Part shown: positions 17,957 to 28,828 of the stretch, one piece after another
Layout: each line of letters begins with the position of its first letter
Numbering within the stretch: position 1 is the first letter of the stretch
NCBI GenBank assembly: GCA_002376005.1
Contig: DFNJ01000033.1
Span: forward strand, 16,026 to 80,025
Direction: 5' to 3'
Length of the DNA stretch: 64,000 bases
Source of the DNA: Firmicutes bacterium UBA3570
Lineage (GTDB): Bacteria; Bacillota; Sulfobacillia; UBA3561
Made by a program: the position numbers and the translations under genes
The notes under the pieces: generated by a model
What the model was told of the DNA's origin: nothing
The model's database searches: none
What the model saw: only the letters and a program-made list of their open reading frames with translations

Positions 17957-19957
17957 ATGGACGGGTTCCGTCTGGTCACTGATTTTGTGCCGCGGGGAGA
18001 CCAGCCTAAAGCCATCGAGGAGCTGGTGGCCGGGCTGAAGGCCGGGCTCCGGGACCAGGTTCTGCTGGGCGTTACCGGGAGCGGGAAGACTTACGTGATG
18101 GCCGAAGTGATCGCGCGGGTGCAGCGCCCCACCCTGGTGATCGCTCCCAACAAGACCCTGGCCGCCCAGCTGTGCAGTGAGTTCAAGGAGTTCTTCCCTC
18201 ACAATGCGGTGGAGTACTTCGTCAGCTATTACGATTACTACCAGCCCGAAGCATACATCCCGCAAACTGACACCTACATCGAAAAGGATGCGCTGATCAA
18301 CGAGGAGATCGACAAACTGCGCCATTCGGCCACCAGTGCCCTGTTCGAACGCCGCGACGTGATCATCGTGGCCAGCGTGTCTTGCATCTACGGTCTGGGG
18401 TCTCCTGAGGACTACCGCGATCTGGTGGTGTCGCTGCGTACCGGCATGGTCAACGATCGGGATGAGGTGCTGCGGCGTCTGGTGGAGATCCAGTACGAGC
18501 GCAATGACGTCAATTTCACCCGCGGCACCTTCCGAGTACGGGGTGACGTGGTGGAGATATTCCCGGCTTCCTTCGGGGAGCGGGCCATCCGCGTGGAGTT
18601 CTTCGGGGATGAGATCGAGCGCATCACGGAAATCGACGTCCTCACCGGCGAGGTGCTGGCCGAACGGCAGCACGCGGCCATCTACCCTGCCAGCCATTAC
18701 GTGACCAGGGAAGAGAAGATGCGGCGGGCCATATCCAGCATCGAGGAAGAGCTGGAGGCGAGGTTGAAGGAGCTCCGCTCCCGCGGAAAGCTGCTGGAAG
18801 CGCAGCGGCTGGAACAGCGAACCCGCTACGACCTGGAGATGCTGCGGGAGGTGGGGTACTGCCCCGGCATCGAGAACTACTCCCGGCATCTCACCGGCCG
18901 GCGACCGGGAGAGCCCCCCTACACCCTGCTGGACTTCTTCCCTCCCGATTACCTGATGTTCATCGACGAATCCCACGTCACCGTGCCCCAGCTGGGAGGA
19001 ATGTACGAGGGGGACAAGACCCGCAAGGATGCTTTGGTGGAACACGGCTTCCGCCTCCCGTCGGCCTACGACAACCGACCCCTGACCTTTGAGGAGTTTG
19101 AGCGGCGCATCAATCAGGTCATATATGTTTCCGCCACCCCCGGGCCATACGAGCTCAGGCGCGCCCAGAAGGTGGTGGAACTCATCGTGCGCCCCACGGG
19201 ACTGGTGGACCCGGAGGTGGAGATTCGGCCCACGGCGGGACAGATCGACGATCTGCTGAGCGAGATAAAAAAGAGGGTTCAAAAGAACCAGCGGGTCCTG
19301 ATCACCACCCTGACCAAGAGGATGGCGGAGGATCTGTGCGACTACTTAAGGGAGGCCGGGATTCGCGTGCGGTATCTGCACTCGGAAATCGATACCCTGG
19401 AGCGCATGCAGATCATCCGCGACCTCCGATTGGGCGCCTTCGACGTGCTGGTGGGGATCAACCTCCTCAGGGAGGGCTTGGACCTCCCGGAGGTGTCTCT
19501 CGTGGCCATCCTGGATGCCGACAAGGAGGGTTTCCTTCGCTCGGAGACCTCCCTCATTCAGACCATCGGCCGCGCCGCCCGCAATGTGGAGGGAAAGGTG
19601 ATCATGTACGCGGACCAGGTCACCGGTTCCATGCGCAGGGCGGTGGAGGAGACCAACCGGAGGCGGCGCCTGCAGCAGGAGTTCAACCGCCGCCACGGCA
19701 TCACCCCGGAGACGGTCAGGAAGGCGGTACGGGAGGTAATCGAAGCTACCAGGGCGGTGCGGCGCCCGGAGGGTTACTGGCTTGAGCACGACGTGGCCGA
19801 CATTCCCCGCCGTCAGCTACCAGCCATGATAAAGAAGCTCAGGCGCGAGATGAAGGAAGCCGCCCGCAGGCTGGAGTTCGAGCGGGCGGCCAGCCTGCGA
19901 GACCTGATCCTGGAGCTGGAAGCCAGGATGGACGGCAAGCGAGCGGGTGGTGCTTGA
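17957..19957 (+). CDS. uvrB: Excinuclease ABC subunit B
   Basis: [21 protein letters not shown] beta-hairpin, [17 protein letters not shown]-terminal UVR domain. Confidence 0.98.
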   Translation: MDGFRLVTDFVPRGDQPKAIEELVAGLKAGLRDQVLLGVTGSGKTYVMAEVIARVQRPTLVIAPNKTLAAQLCSEFKEFFPHNAVEYFVSYYDYYQPEAYIPQTDTYIEKDALINEEIDKLRHSATSALFERRDVIIVASVSCIYGLGSPEDYRDLVVSLRTGMVNDRDEVLRRLVEIQYERNDVNFTRGTFRVRGDVVEIFPASFGERAIRVEFFGDEIERITEIDVLTGEVLAERQHAAIYPASHYVTREEKMRRAISSIEEELEARLKELRSRGKLLEAQRLEQRTRYDLEMLREVGYCPGIENYSRHLTGRRPGEPPYTLLDFFPPDYLMFIDESHVTVPQLGGMYEGDKTRKDALVEHGFRLPSAYDNRPLTFEEFERRINQVIYVSATPGPYELRRAQKVVELIVRPTGLVDPEVEIRPTAGQIDDLLSEIKKRVQKNQRVLITTLTKRMAEDLCDYLREAGIRVRYLHSEIDTLERMQIIRDLRLGAFDVLVGINLLREGLDLPEVSLVAILDADKEGFLRSETSLIQTIGRAARNVEGKVIMYADQVTGSMRRAVEETNRRRRLQQEFNRRHGITPETVRKAVREVIEATRAVRRPEGYWLEHDVADIPRRQLPAMIKKLRREMKEAARRLEFERAASLRDLILELEARMDGKRAGGA

Positions 19958-22812
19958 TGGCCAGGGATAGCATCTGCATCCGAGGGGCGCGCCAGCACAA
20001 CTTGAAGAACATCGATCTGGAGATCCCCCGCGGTCAGCTGGTGGTGATTACCGGCCTCAGCGGTTCCGGAAAATCATCGCTGGCCTTTGACACCATATAT
20101 GCGGAAGGACAGCGCCGATACGTGGAGTCGCTCTCGGCCTACGCCCGCCAGTTCCTGGGACGGATGGACAAACCGGATGTGGATTACATCGAAGGCCTGT
20201 CTCCGGCCATATCCATCGATCAGAAGGGTCCCAGCAGCAACCCTCGTTCCACTGTGGGCACGGTCACCGAGATATATGATTACCTGCGTCTGTTGTACGC
20301 CAGGATCGGCAAGCCACACTGTTATCGTTGCGGCCGCCCCATAAGTCGCCAGACCGTGGATCAGATGGTGGACCAGCTGATGGCCATGCCTGCAGGCACT
20401 AAGTTCCTGGTTCTGGCCCCGCTCATTCGCGGCAGGAAGGGGGAGCACGGACGGGTTCTGTCGCAGATCGCCAGTGCCGGCTTCGTCCGGGTTCGGGTGG
20501 ACGGGGAGATCTACGAGGTCGATGAGGTGCCCCCGCTGGATCGCAACAAGAAACACACCATTGAGGCGGTGGTGGACCGGCTGGTGATGCGCCCGGGCAT
20601 CCGCAAGCGCCTGGCCGATTCCCTGGAGACGGCCCTGGAGATGTCCGGCGGGCTGGTGGTGGTCAACTCTCTTGAGGGAGAGGAAATGGTGTTCAGCCAG
20701 CACCTGGCCTGCGCGGACTGCGGGGTGAGCATGGAGGAGCTGTCACCTCGAATGTTTTCCTTCAACAGTCCCTACGGGGCCTGTCCGGACTGCGACGGTC
20801 TCGGCACCAGGATGGAGATCGACCCCGAGCTGGTCATCCCCGACAAGACCAGGACTCTGGCGGAGGGGGCGGTGGTGCCCTGGAGCAGGGGCAATTCCCG
20901 GTATTACCCCCAGCTGCTGCGGGCGGTGTGCGAGCACTTCGGGATACCCATGGACGTGCCCGTGTCTCAGCTGGACCCCCGGCACCTGAAGCTCTTGCTT
21001 TACGGGGCGCCACACGAGGTCATCAGGTTCCGTTACCGCAACGCCTATGGCCGGGTGAGGGTCTACCATACGAGATTCCGGGGTATCCTGGAAAACCTGG
21101 AACGCCGGTACAGAGAGAGCACCAGCGACAGCGTGCGCGAGGAAATAGAACAGTACATGACCAGCGCCCCATGTCCGTCATGTGGAGGCGCCCGTCTGAA
21201 GCCCCAGAGCCTGGCGGTCACGGTGGGCGGCAAGTCCATTGCCCAGGTGACGGCCATGTCGGTGAAGGAATGTCTTGCGTTCTTCCGCCAGCTCCAGCTG
21301 GGCGAGCGCGACCGCATCATCGCCGCTCAGGTGCTGAAGGAGATAACCGCCCGGCTTCAGTTCCTGGTAGATGTGGGGCTCGATTATCTCACCTTAGACC
21401 GACCGGCAGGTACCCTGGCGGGGGGAGAGGCCCAGCGCATCCGGCTGGCCACCCAGATCGGATCCGGCCTGGTGGGGGTGCTGTACGTCCTGGACGAGCC
21501 CAGCATCGGGCTGCACCAGCGAGACCAGCGGCGCCTGCTGGACACCCTCAAGCAGCTACGGGACCTCGGCAACACGGTGCTGGTGGTGGAGCACGACGAG
21601 AGTACCATCCGGGAGGCTGACTTCATCATCGACATCGGCCCGGGGGCGGGAGCCCAGGGTGGGCGGGTGGTGGCGACGGGTACCGTCGCCGACGTGTGCG
21701 CGGTGCCCGAATCCATCACCGGCCAGTACCTCAGCGGGGCCCGCCGCATACCGGTGCCCCGCAGCCGCCGCCGACCGGACGGGCGCTGGCTGGTGGTGCG
21801 TGGGGCCCGTCATCACAACCTGAAGAACATAGAGGTGGCCTTTCCGCTGGGGCTGTTCATTTGCGTAACCGGGGTGTCTGGTTCCGGAAAATCCAGCCTG
21901 GTCAACGAAGTGCTTTACCGCCGTCTGGCCCAGGAGCTGTACGGGGCCAGGGTTCGCCCCGGTGAGCACGACGCAGTGGAGGGGATGGAGTACATCGACC
22001 GGGTGGTGGAGATCGACCAGTCCCCCATCGGACGTACTCCGCGTTCAAACCCCGCCACTTACACCGGTGTCTTCGACCACATCCGCCAGGTGTTTGCCCG
22101 CACCCCGGAGGCCAGGATGAGGGGCTACCGGCCGGGGAGATTCAGCTTCAATGTCCCCGGTGGGCGCTGCGAGGCCTGCCGGGGAGCGGGGATCATCCGC
22201 ATCGAGATGCATTTCTTGCCCGACGTGTACGTACCTTGCGAGGTGTGCAATGGGCGCCGGTACAACCGGGAGACCCTCGAGGTGCGGTACAAGGGCAAGA
22301 ATATCGCCGACGTGCTGGAGATGACCGTCGATGAGGCGCTGGAATTCTTCTCCGCCGTTCCTTCGGTGAGGCGACGCTTGCAGACGCTGCGCGATATCGG
22401 TCTCGGTTACATTCGGCTGGGACAGCCCGCCACCACGCTCTCCGGCGGCGAGGCGCAGAGGGTGAAGCTGGCGGCGGAGCTGGGGTCGCGAAGCACCGGC
22501 CACACTCTGTACGTGCTGGATGAGCCCACCACCGGTCTGCACGTGGCGGATATCCACAAGCTGCTGCGGGTGCTGGGCGAACTGGTGGATGCCGGGAATA
22601 CGGTGATAGTGATCGAGCACAATCTGGATGTGATCAAGTGCGCCGACTACATCATCGACCTGGGTCCGGAGGGCGGAGCTGAAGGCGGCTACGTGGTGGC
22701 CACCGGCACTCCCGAGGAGGTGGCGGGGGTTTCCGAGTCCTGGACGGGGCGGTATCTGGGTCCGGTGCTGGAGCGGGATCGACAGCTGCAGGAGGCCAGG
22801 GCGGGGGGCTGA
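19954..22812 (+). CDS. uvrA: Excinuclease ABC subunit A
   Basis: Two ABC modules ([10 protein letters not shown]; [10 protein letters not shown]), zinc fingers, LSGGEAQR. Confidence 0.98.
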   Translation: MMARDSICIRGARQHNLKNIDLEIPRGQLVVITGLSGSGKSSLAFDTIYAEGQRRYVESLSAYARQFLGRMDKPDVDYIEGLSPAISIDQKGPSSNPRSTVGTVTEIYDYLRLLYARIGKPHCYRCGRPISRQTVDQMVDQLMAMPAGTKFLVLAPLIRGRKGEHGRVLSQIASAGFVRVRVDGEIYEVDEVPPLDRNKKHTIEAVVDRLVMRPGIRKRLADSLETALEMSGGLVVVNSLEGEEMVFSQHLACADCGVSMEELSPRMFSFNSPYGACPDCDGLGTRMEIDPELVIPDKTRTLAEGAVVPWSRGNSRYYPQLLRAVCEHFGIPMDVPVSQLDPRHLKLLLYGAPHEVIRFRYRNAYGRVRVYHTRFRGILENLERRYRESTSDSVREEIEQYMTSAPCPSCGGARLKPQSLAVTVGGKSIAQVTAMSVKECLAFFRQLQLGERDRIIAAQVLKEITARLQFLVDVGLDYLTLDRPAGTLAGGEAQRIRLATQIGSGLVGVLYVLDEPSIGLHQRDQRRLLDTLKQLRDLGNTVLVVEHDESTIREADFIIDIGPGAGAQGGRVVATGTVADVCAVPESITGQYLSGARRIPVPRSRRRPDGRWLVVRGARHHNLKNIEVAFPLGLFICVTGVSGSGKSSLVNEVLYRRLAQELYGARVRPGEHDAVEGMEYIDRVVEIDQSPIGRTPRSNPATYTGVFDHIRQVFARTPEARMRGYRPGRFSFNVPGGRCEACRGAGIIRIEMHFLPDVYVPCEVCNGRRYNRETLEVRYKGKNIADVLEMTVDEALEFFSAVPSVRRRLQTLRDIGLGYIRLGQPATTLSGGEAQRVKLAAELGSRSTGHTLYVLDEPTTGLHVADIHKLLRVLGELVDAGNTVIVIEHNLDVIKCADYIIDLGPEGGAEGGYVVATGTPEEVAGVSESWTGRYLGPVLERDRQLQEARAGG

Positions 22813-22818
22813 TGGCCG

Positions 22819-24672
22819 GTGGGTGCCTGGCGGGAGAAGGTGGAGTTGGCTCCCGAGCAACCCGGCGTTTACCTTTTCCGCGACCAGCAAGGCCGGGTGC
22901 TGTATGTGGGAAAGGCGCGCCATCTCCGTCACCGACTGCGCTCATATCTGCAGGGGGGCGGACGGCTGCCTCCGCGCATTCAGGTCATGCTGTCCCACGC
23001 CGCCGATGTGGAATTGCTCACCACCGACTCCGAGCTGGAAGCATTGCTGCTGGAGTGCAACCTCATCAAGAAATACTCCCCCCGTTACAACATCATGCTC
23101 CGCGATGACAAGCATTACCCCTACCTGCGGGTCAGCGTCCAGGAAGAATGGCCCCGGGTCACCATTGCCAGGCGCATCCGGGACGACGGGGCCCGGTATT
23201 TCGGCCCCTATTACCCCGCCCAGGCGGTGTGGGAGACCCTTCGTCTGGTCCGGCACTTGTTCCCCCTGCGCATATGTTCGGAGCGGACCCTGCGCCACGC
23301 GAGCCGGCCCTGCCTGCACTATCACATCAAGCGGTGCCCTGCTCCCTGCTGTCGGAAGGTCTCCCGGGAAGAATACCAGAGGACGGTGGAGGACCTGTGT
23401 CTATTCCTGTCGGGGCGTAGCGAGGAAATCGTCCAGCGGCTCCGGCGCCGCATGGAGCAGGCCGCCGAGAACATGGAGTTCGAGCGGGCGGCCCGCCTGC
23501 GCGATCAGCTGAGAGCGGTGGAGCGGATCACCGAAGAACAGAAGGTGATCTCGGAGCGGGCCGAGGATCTCGATGCCATCGGCATTGCCCGGCGAGGTGC
23601 GGTTGCCGCCTTTCAGGTATTCCGCATCCGGCGGGGGAAACTGGTGGGGTATCACCACTGGGTGATGGAAGGGACGGAGGAGGTGGACCGCGAGGAGCTG
23701 CTGCTGGCCGGCCTGGAGCAGTATTACGCCGTGTGTGAGGATCTCCCCCGCCAGGTGCTCCTCCCATGGGAGGTGGGGGAGGCGGTGGGCGTGCTGGAGG
23801 CGCTGCTGAGCAGCCGGGCGGGCCATCGGGTGGCATTTCCGGTTCCCAAGCGGGGTCGGAAGCGACAGCTGGTGAAGATGGCCGCTGCCAATGCTGCCGC
23901 CATGCTGGAGCAAGCCTGGGCCCAGTCGTCTCGAAGGCAGTGGGAGCGGGAGGCCACTGCCCTGCGAGAGGCCCTGGCGCTCCCCCGTGCTCCGGTGCGG
24001 GTGGAGGCATTCGATGTTTCCAACGTACAGGGGAAGCAGCCGGTGGGGGTGATGGTGGTATTCGAAAAGGGCCAGGCCCAGCCCTCGCAGTACCGGCGGT
24101 TCCGCCTTACGGGAGCGAGTCCCGATGACGTGGGGATGATGCGCCAGCTGCTCACCAGGAGGCTCAAGTACCTGCTGCCGGAGGTTCCCGCCCCCGCCAC
24201 CCGGGCGGCGTTCCGCCGAACGCCTGACCTGCTCCTGGTGGACGGAGGACTGCCCCAGGCGAACGCGGCGGCGAACATCTTACGGGATCTGGGGCTGGAG
24301 GGGATTCCGGTGGTGGCGCTGGCCAAGCGCCGCGAAGAACTCTATCTGCCTGGCAATCCCCACCCGGTGGCACTGCCTGACGACTCGCCTGCCCTGAAGT
24401 TCTTGCAGCGGGTGAGAGACGAGGCACATCGCTTCGCCGTGGAGTATCACCGCCGGCTGCGCCGAAAGCGCGCCCTGCAATCCCTGCTAGATGAGGTGGA
24501 GGGAATCGGGCCCCGGCGCCGTAAGGCTCTCTTGAGCCGCTATGCGGACTGGAGGCAGATGGCGAAAGCGACGGTGGAGGAACTGGCCCAGGTGCCGGGC
24601 ATGAATACGGCGGTTGCCCGTCGCCTGAAGGAGACCCTACAACGCCTGGCGGAGGAGGGAGAGGGAGGTTGA
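22819..24672 (+). CDS. uvrC: Excinuclease ABC subunit C
   Basis: GIY-YIG (GVY..YVGKA), DDKHYPY, EAFDVSN, DLLLVDGG, RDEAHRFA, HhH. Confidence 0.97.
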   Translation: MGAWREKVELAPEQPGVYLFRDQQGRVLYVGKARHLRHRLRSYLQGGGRLPPRIQVMLSHAADVELLTTDSELEALLLECNLIKKYSPRYNIMLRDDKHYPYLRVSVQEEWPRVTIARRIRDDGARYFGPYYPAQAVWETLRLVRHLFPLRICSERTLRHASRPCLHYHIKRCPAPCCRKVSREEYQRTVEDLCLFLSGRSEEIVQRLRRRMEQAAENMEFERAARLRDQLRAVERITEEQKVISERAEDLDAIGIARRGAVAAFQVFRIRRGKLVGYHHWVMEGTEEVDREELLLAGLEQYYAVCEDLPRQVLLPWEVGEAVGVLEALLSSRAGHRVAFPVPKRGRKRQLVKMAAANAAAMLEQAWAQSSRRQWEREATALREALALPRAPVRVEAFDVSNVQGKQPVGVMVVFEKGQAQPSQYRRFRLTGASPDDVGMMRQLLTRRLKYLLPEVPAPATRAAFRRTPDLLLVDGGLPQANAAANILRDLGLEGIPVVALAKRREELYLPGNPHPVALPDDSPALKFLQRVRDEAHRFAVEYHRRLRRKRALQSLLDEVEGIGPRRRKALLSRYADWRQMAKATVEELAQVPGMNTAVARRLKETLQRLAEEGEGG

Positions 24673-25226
24673 CGTGCTATTGGGACGGTCGAGGGCGAGA
24701 GTACACCGAGCGGACGGTAAAAGCGGCAGTCAATCGGGCTCACCAGCTGGGGATCCAGCATCTGGTGGTGGCCTCCAACACCGGTTACACCGCGCTGAAA
24801 TGCCTTAATGAGGGCCTGGAAGTGGTGGTGGTGACCCACCACGTGGGCTTCCGCAATCCAGGCGAGGACGAAATGCCTCCCGAAGTGCGGCAGCAGCTGC
24901 TCCAGGCAGGTGCCCGCCTGCTGACCACCACTCATCTGTTCGCCAACGTGGAACGGGCGGTGACCAGCCAGTGGGGCGGACTCTACCCGGGAGGTATCAT
25001 CTCCCACACGCTCCGGATGTTCGGCCAGGGGACGAAGGTCTGTCTGGAGATAGCCACCATGGCCCTCGATGCGGGCCTGATCCCCTACGGGCGCGAAATC
25101 GTGGCCATCGGTGGCTCGGGTCGCGGGGCGGACACCGCGCTGGTCCTGCTGCCCGAGCACGCCAAGAACTTTTTCGCCGGACAGGTCCTGGAGATCATAT
25201 GCAAACCGAGGTTCCCGCGGGGATGA
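24669..25226 (+). CDS. Stand-alone pyruvate kinase C-terminal (alpha/beta) domain-like protein
   Basis: VVASNTG.TA, VVVTHHVGF, TLRMFGQGTKVC.EIATMA.DAG, GADTA; TTGA overlap with uvrC. Confidence 0.8.
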   Translation: MTCYWDGRGREYTERTVKAAVNRAHQLGIQHLVVASNTGYTALKCLNEGLEVVVVTHHVGFRNPGEDEMPPEVRQQLLQAGARLLTTTHLFANVERAVTSQWGGLYPGGIISHTLRMFGQGTKVCLEIATMALDAGLIPYGREIVAIGGSGRGADTALVLLPEHAKNFFAGQVLEIICKPRFPRG

Positions 25227-26131
25227 AAGGGCCGACGGCCATCGGGGTGGACGTGGGGGCAAGTCACGTCCTGGCCGTGCTGGTGGATTCTGACGGTGAG
25301 GTTCTGCGGGTGGCCTCCGGTCCCGCCCCATCTGCCTCGGCAGCGGATACCGCTGCGGCTATTGGCGCATTGGTGCGCGAGCTGATCCCGGATGAGGTGG
25401 TGGGCGTGGGGGTGGGAGTGGCCGGGCAGGTGGATTTCCAGACCGGGTCGGTGTGCATCTCGCCCAACATTGGCTGGCGCGACGTCCCGCTGCGAAGGTT
25501 GATCGAGCGGGAAGTTGGGTTGCCAGTCATTCTGGACAACGATGCCCATGCGGCGGCGCTGGGGGAGGTCAGGTGGGGAGCGGGTGCAGGGCACGACCCG
25601 GTGCTGGTGGTGACCTGGGGTACCGGCATCGGGGGCGGCCTGGTCGCTGGGGGGAGGATATACCGCGGTCGTTGGGGCGGCGGGCTGGAAATCGGCCACA
25701 TCATGGTCATGCCCCGGGGGCCCCGGTGCGGGTGCGGGAATCGAGGATGTCTGGAAGCCCTGGCCGGTGGCCGCAGCATCGAGGCGGAGTACGAACGCCG
25801 CGCCGGAAGGAGGGCGTCGGTGAGGGAAATCGCCGCCCTGGCCAGGCAGGGCCAGCGGGAGGCGCGGGCGGTGTTGCGCCGCGCAGCGCGGTTCCTGGGC
25901 CGGGCTTTGGGGGGATTGGTGAACCTGTTTCAGCCGGAGATGATCATCCTGGTCGGGGGGATAGCGGGTGCCGCGGACCTGGTCCTTGACGTGGTGCGGG
26001 AGGGATTGCGCACCCAGGCGCTCCCCGGGGTGAACCGGGAGATCGTGACGGTGGTGGGCGAGCTGGGGGAAATGGCGGGGCCGCTGGGGGCGGCCTGCCT
26101 GGCGTTGGAGAGATGGGGAGGTGCTTCTTGA
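25223..26131 (+). CDS. ROK family sugar kinase
   Basis: GVDVGAS, DNDAHAAALGE, GTGIGGG, EIGH, CGCGNRGCLE zinc motif; no HTH. Confidence 0.92.
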   Translation: MKGPTAIGVDVGASHVLAVLVDSDGEVLRVASGPAPSASAADTAAAIGALVRELIPDEVVGVGVGVAGQVDFQTGSVCISPNIGWRDVPLRRLIEREVGLPVILDNDAHAAALGEVRWGAGAGHDPVLVVTWGTGIGGGLVAGGRIYRGRWGGGLEIGHIMVMPRGPRCGCGNRGCLEALAGGRSIEAEYERRAGRRASVREIAALARQGQREARAVLRRAARFLGRALGGLVNLFQPEMIILVGGIAGAADLVLDVVREGLRTQALPGVNREIVTVVGELGEMAGPLGAACLALERWGGAS

Positions 26132-27299
26132 CACGGTACGGCCCGGCATCGCAGTAATGCTTGAGCGGCGCCCTGTCCTGCCGGAGCGCCTGGCCCTGCT
26201 CTGCAACGCCTCATCGCTGACTCCGGACTGGGAGCCTGTCCAGGTGGCCCTGCTGAAGGCCGGTTATGATGTGGTGCGGCTGCTGGCTCCTGAGCACGGG
26301 CTGCAGGGTGCCCTGGCCGCGGGAGCTGAAGTGGCCCGAGGGCGGGATCTCTTCACGGGGCTGCCGGTGGAGCCGGCCTACGGTCCTGGTTGCGATTTTG
26401 ACCGTGCCCTGGAGGGCGTGTGTGGCCTGCTGGTGGATCTCCAGGACATCGGCGCCCGGTATTACACGTACGTGGCCACTGCGCTGCGGGTGATCGATGC
26501 CTGCTGGCAACGGGACATCCCGGTTTGGATTCTGGATCGGCCCAACCCGCTGGGAGGCAGAGTGCGGACGGGCCCGGTGTGGATCCGGGCTGACCACCGA
26601 TCTCTGGTGGCTGCCATGGAGGTGCCCATCCGGCATGGTCTCACCATGGGAGAACTGGTCCGGCTGCAGGTGGCCCGTCGGGGCGACCAGGTCCCCCTGC
26701 AGGTGATACCGTGCTCCGGCTGGGATCGCCGGCATCGCTGGCATGCCACGGGACTGCCCTGGGTTCCGCCTTCTCCCGCCGCCACCGATGAGATCATGAT
26801 GGCCCTGTATCCCGGCACCTGCCTCCTGGAGGGGCTGAACGTGTCTTTTGGCCGGGGTACCGCGCTCCCCTTCCGGGTAGTGGGGGCGCCGTGGATGGAA
26901 GCGCCGGTTCTCTGGCGGCGCCTGAAGGAGTCGGTGCCCGCGGGCGTGCGGGTACGGCCTCATTCCTTCGTCCCCGCCTGCCACCCCTACCGGGACCAGT
27001 TATGCCGGGGTGTGGCCCTGGACGTGGAGTCGGGGGCGGAGTTCGACGCCGTGGCCTTGGGTCTGGAGATCATCGCCGCCGTCCGCCAGCTGTTCCCGGA
27101 CCGGGTGCGATGGCGGAAAGCCGACGGTCGGCCCTGGATCGATCGGCTCCTGGGAAGGCCAGACGAGCGGCTGTTGCTGGAGCAGGGACTGTCGGTGGAG
27201 CGCATCGCTGAGGGCTGGCGCCGTGAGGTTGAGCAGTTCGAGGCCGAGTTGGCCACGGCTGATTGTTTGCTGCCCGAGTACGGGGAGGAGTGGCGCTGA
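26121..27299 (+). CDS. namZ: Exo-beta-N-acetylmuramidase NamZ (DUF1343/YbbC) family
   Basis: PEHG, DLQDIGARYYTY, DRPNP, RHGLTMGE, YPGTCLLEG, GRGT..PF. Confidence 0.85.
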   Translation: MLLDTVRPGIAVMLERRPVLPERLALLCNASSLTPDWEPVQVALLKAGYDVVRLLAPEHGLQGALAAGAEVARGRDLFTGLPVEPAYGPGCDFDRALEGVCGLLVDLQDIGARYYTYVATALRVIDACWQRDIPVWILDRPNPLGGRVRTGPVWIRADHRSLVAAMEVPIRHGLTMGELVRLQVARRGDQVPLQVIPCSGWDRRHRWHATGLPWVPPSPAATDEIMMALYPGTCLLEGLNVSFGRGTALPFRVVGAPWMEAPVLWRRLKESVPAGVRVRPHSFVPACHPYRDQLCRGVALDVESGAEFDAVALGLEIIAAVRQLFPDRVRWRKADGRPWIDRLLGRPDERLLLEQGLSVERIAEGWRREVEQFEAELATADCLLPEYGEEWR

Positions 27300-28822
27300 T
27301 GCACCGAGGGTCCGATGCGGGCAAGGCGGCTGCCGAGATGGTGCTGGTGGGGTTCGTGGGGACGGAGCCCCACGAGGCGATGAGGGCCCTGGGCGAGGTT
27401 GCCTGGGGTGGGGTGATTCTGTTTTCCCGGAACGTGAGGAACCCCCGGCAGCTTCGTCGGCTCACACAGGGACTGCGGAGGCGGTGGAGGGAGCTGGGCG
27501 CCCAGTTGCCCCCGCTGATTGCGGTGGACCAGGAAGGGGGTCGGGTGGCCCGGTTGCGGACCGGTGCCACCCGGTTCCCCGGCGCCATGGCTCTGGGTGC
27601 TACCGCCGACGACTGCCTGGCCCGGGCCCAGGGCAGGGCCACCGCCCGGGAGCTGCGGGCGGTGGGCGCTAATCTCAACCTGGCCCCGGTGCTGGACGTG
27701 AACAGCATGCTCAGCAACCCGGTGATCGGAACTCGCTCCTTGGGGGCGGATCCGGAATCGGTGGCCCGTCTGGGGGTGGCTTTCATCCGCGGTCATCAGG
27801 AGCAAGGTGTGGCGGCTACCGCCAAGCATTTCCCGGGGCATGGAGATACCGACCGGGACTCCCACCGGGAGCTGCCGGTGGTGGAAGCGGATGAGCCCAC
27901 TCTGTGGAAGCGGGAGCTGTTGCCCTTCCGCCGGGCGGTGGCGGAAGGGGTGGCGGTGGTGATGACTGCCCACGTGGTGTTCAAGGCCTTGGACCCGGTG
28001 CTGCCCGCCACTCTGTCCCCCCGGGTCATCGACGGCCTGTTGAGGGACCGCCTGGGATACCACGGAGTGGTGGTCACCGACTGCATGGAAATGAGGGCGA
28101 TAGCCGACCGTTACGACCCGGAGGAGGCGGCGGTGCTGGCCATTGAGGCGGGATGTGATGCGGTTCTGGTGTCCCATTCGCCCCAGTTTCAGCACCGCAG
28201 CTGGCGGGGGCTGGTCCGAGCCATCAACGAAGGAAGGCTGACCGAACGCCGGGTTGCGCAGTCGCTGGACCGCCTGCGCCGCCTGAGGAGACTTTGGGGC
28301 GAACCCGCTCCCCTGCCCATGGCGGTGGTGGGGTGCGATGAACATCAGCAGCTGGCCCTGGAGATCGCCCGGGCGTCCCTCACGGTGGTGAGGGATCCCC
28401 GCGGACTCATACCCCTGCAGCCCGCCACCGTCCTCCTGGCGTGGGTTGACCTGGACTCGGGGGCGGCGGACGGCGGTCGCGATCTTTCCTTCTGGTTGCG
28501 GGAGGCGGGCTTTCAGGTGACCGGTCCTTCTCGGGACCAGCCCACTCTTCCCCCGGCCCGCCAGGTGGTGGTGCTGGTGACGGTGGACGGCCCGTTGGTA
28601 TCCGAAAGGCACGGCCATGAATGGTCGCGGATCCAGCGGTGGCAGCTGCCCACCATAGTGATCTCCACCGGTGTACCGTTCGGTCTTGGAGAGGTACCCG
28701 GCCACTGGTCGGTGGTGGCCGCATACGGAGCAGAACCGTGTACCCTGATGGCCCTGGCGGAGCTGTTGGCGGGGAGGGTGTCACACCGCGGCCGGCTTCC
28801 CGTTCCCATCCCGCGGGAGTGA
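27299..28822 (+). CDS. nagZ: Beta-N-acetylhexosaminidase (GH3)
   Basis: DQEGGRVARL, APVLDVN, KHFPGHG.T.RDSH, TDCMEM nucleophile. Confidence 0.92.
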   Translation: MHRGSDAGKAAAEMVLVGFVGTEPHEAMRALGEVAWGGVILFSRNVRNPRQLRRLTQGLRRRWRELGAQLPPLIAVDQEGGRVARLRTGATRFPGAMALGATADDCLARAQGRATARELRAVGANLNLAPVLDVNSMLSNPVIGTRSLGADPESVARLGVAFIRGHQEQGVAATAKHFPGHGDTDRDSHRELPVVEADEPTLWKRELLPFRRAVAEGVAVVMTAHVVFKALDPVLPATLSPRVIDGLLRDRLGYHGVVVTDCMEMRAIADRYDPEEAAVLAIEAGCDAVLVSHSPQFQHRSWRGLVRAINEGRLTERRVAQSLDRLRRLRRLWGEPAPLPMAVVGCDEHQQLALEIARASLTVVRDPRGLIPLQPATVLLAWVDLDSGAADGGRDLSFWLREAGFQVTGPSRDQPTLPPARQVVVLVTVDGPLVSERHGHEWSRIQRWQLPTIVISTGVPFGLGEVPGHWSVVAAYGAEPCTLMALAELLAGRVSHRGRLPVPIPRE

Positions 28823-28828
28823 GGGGAG

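Noticed and set aside
16643-19282. 879-aa minus-strand ORF, and other long antisense ORFs (36569-38455, 60783-62477, 26987-28705, 7429-8841)
   Set aside because: They lie opposite well-conserved + strand genes and show no family motifs; typical shadow ORFs of high-GC DNA
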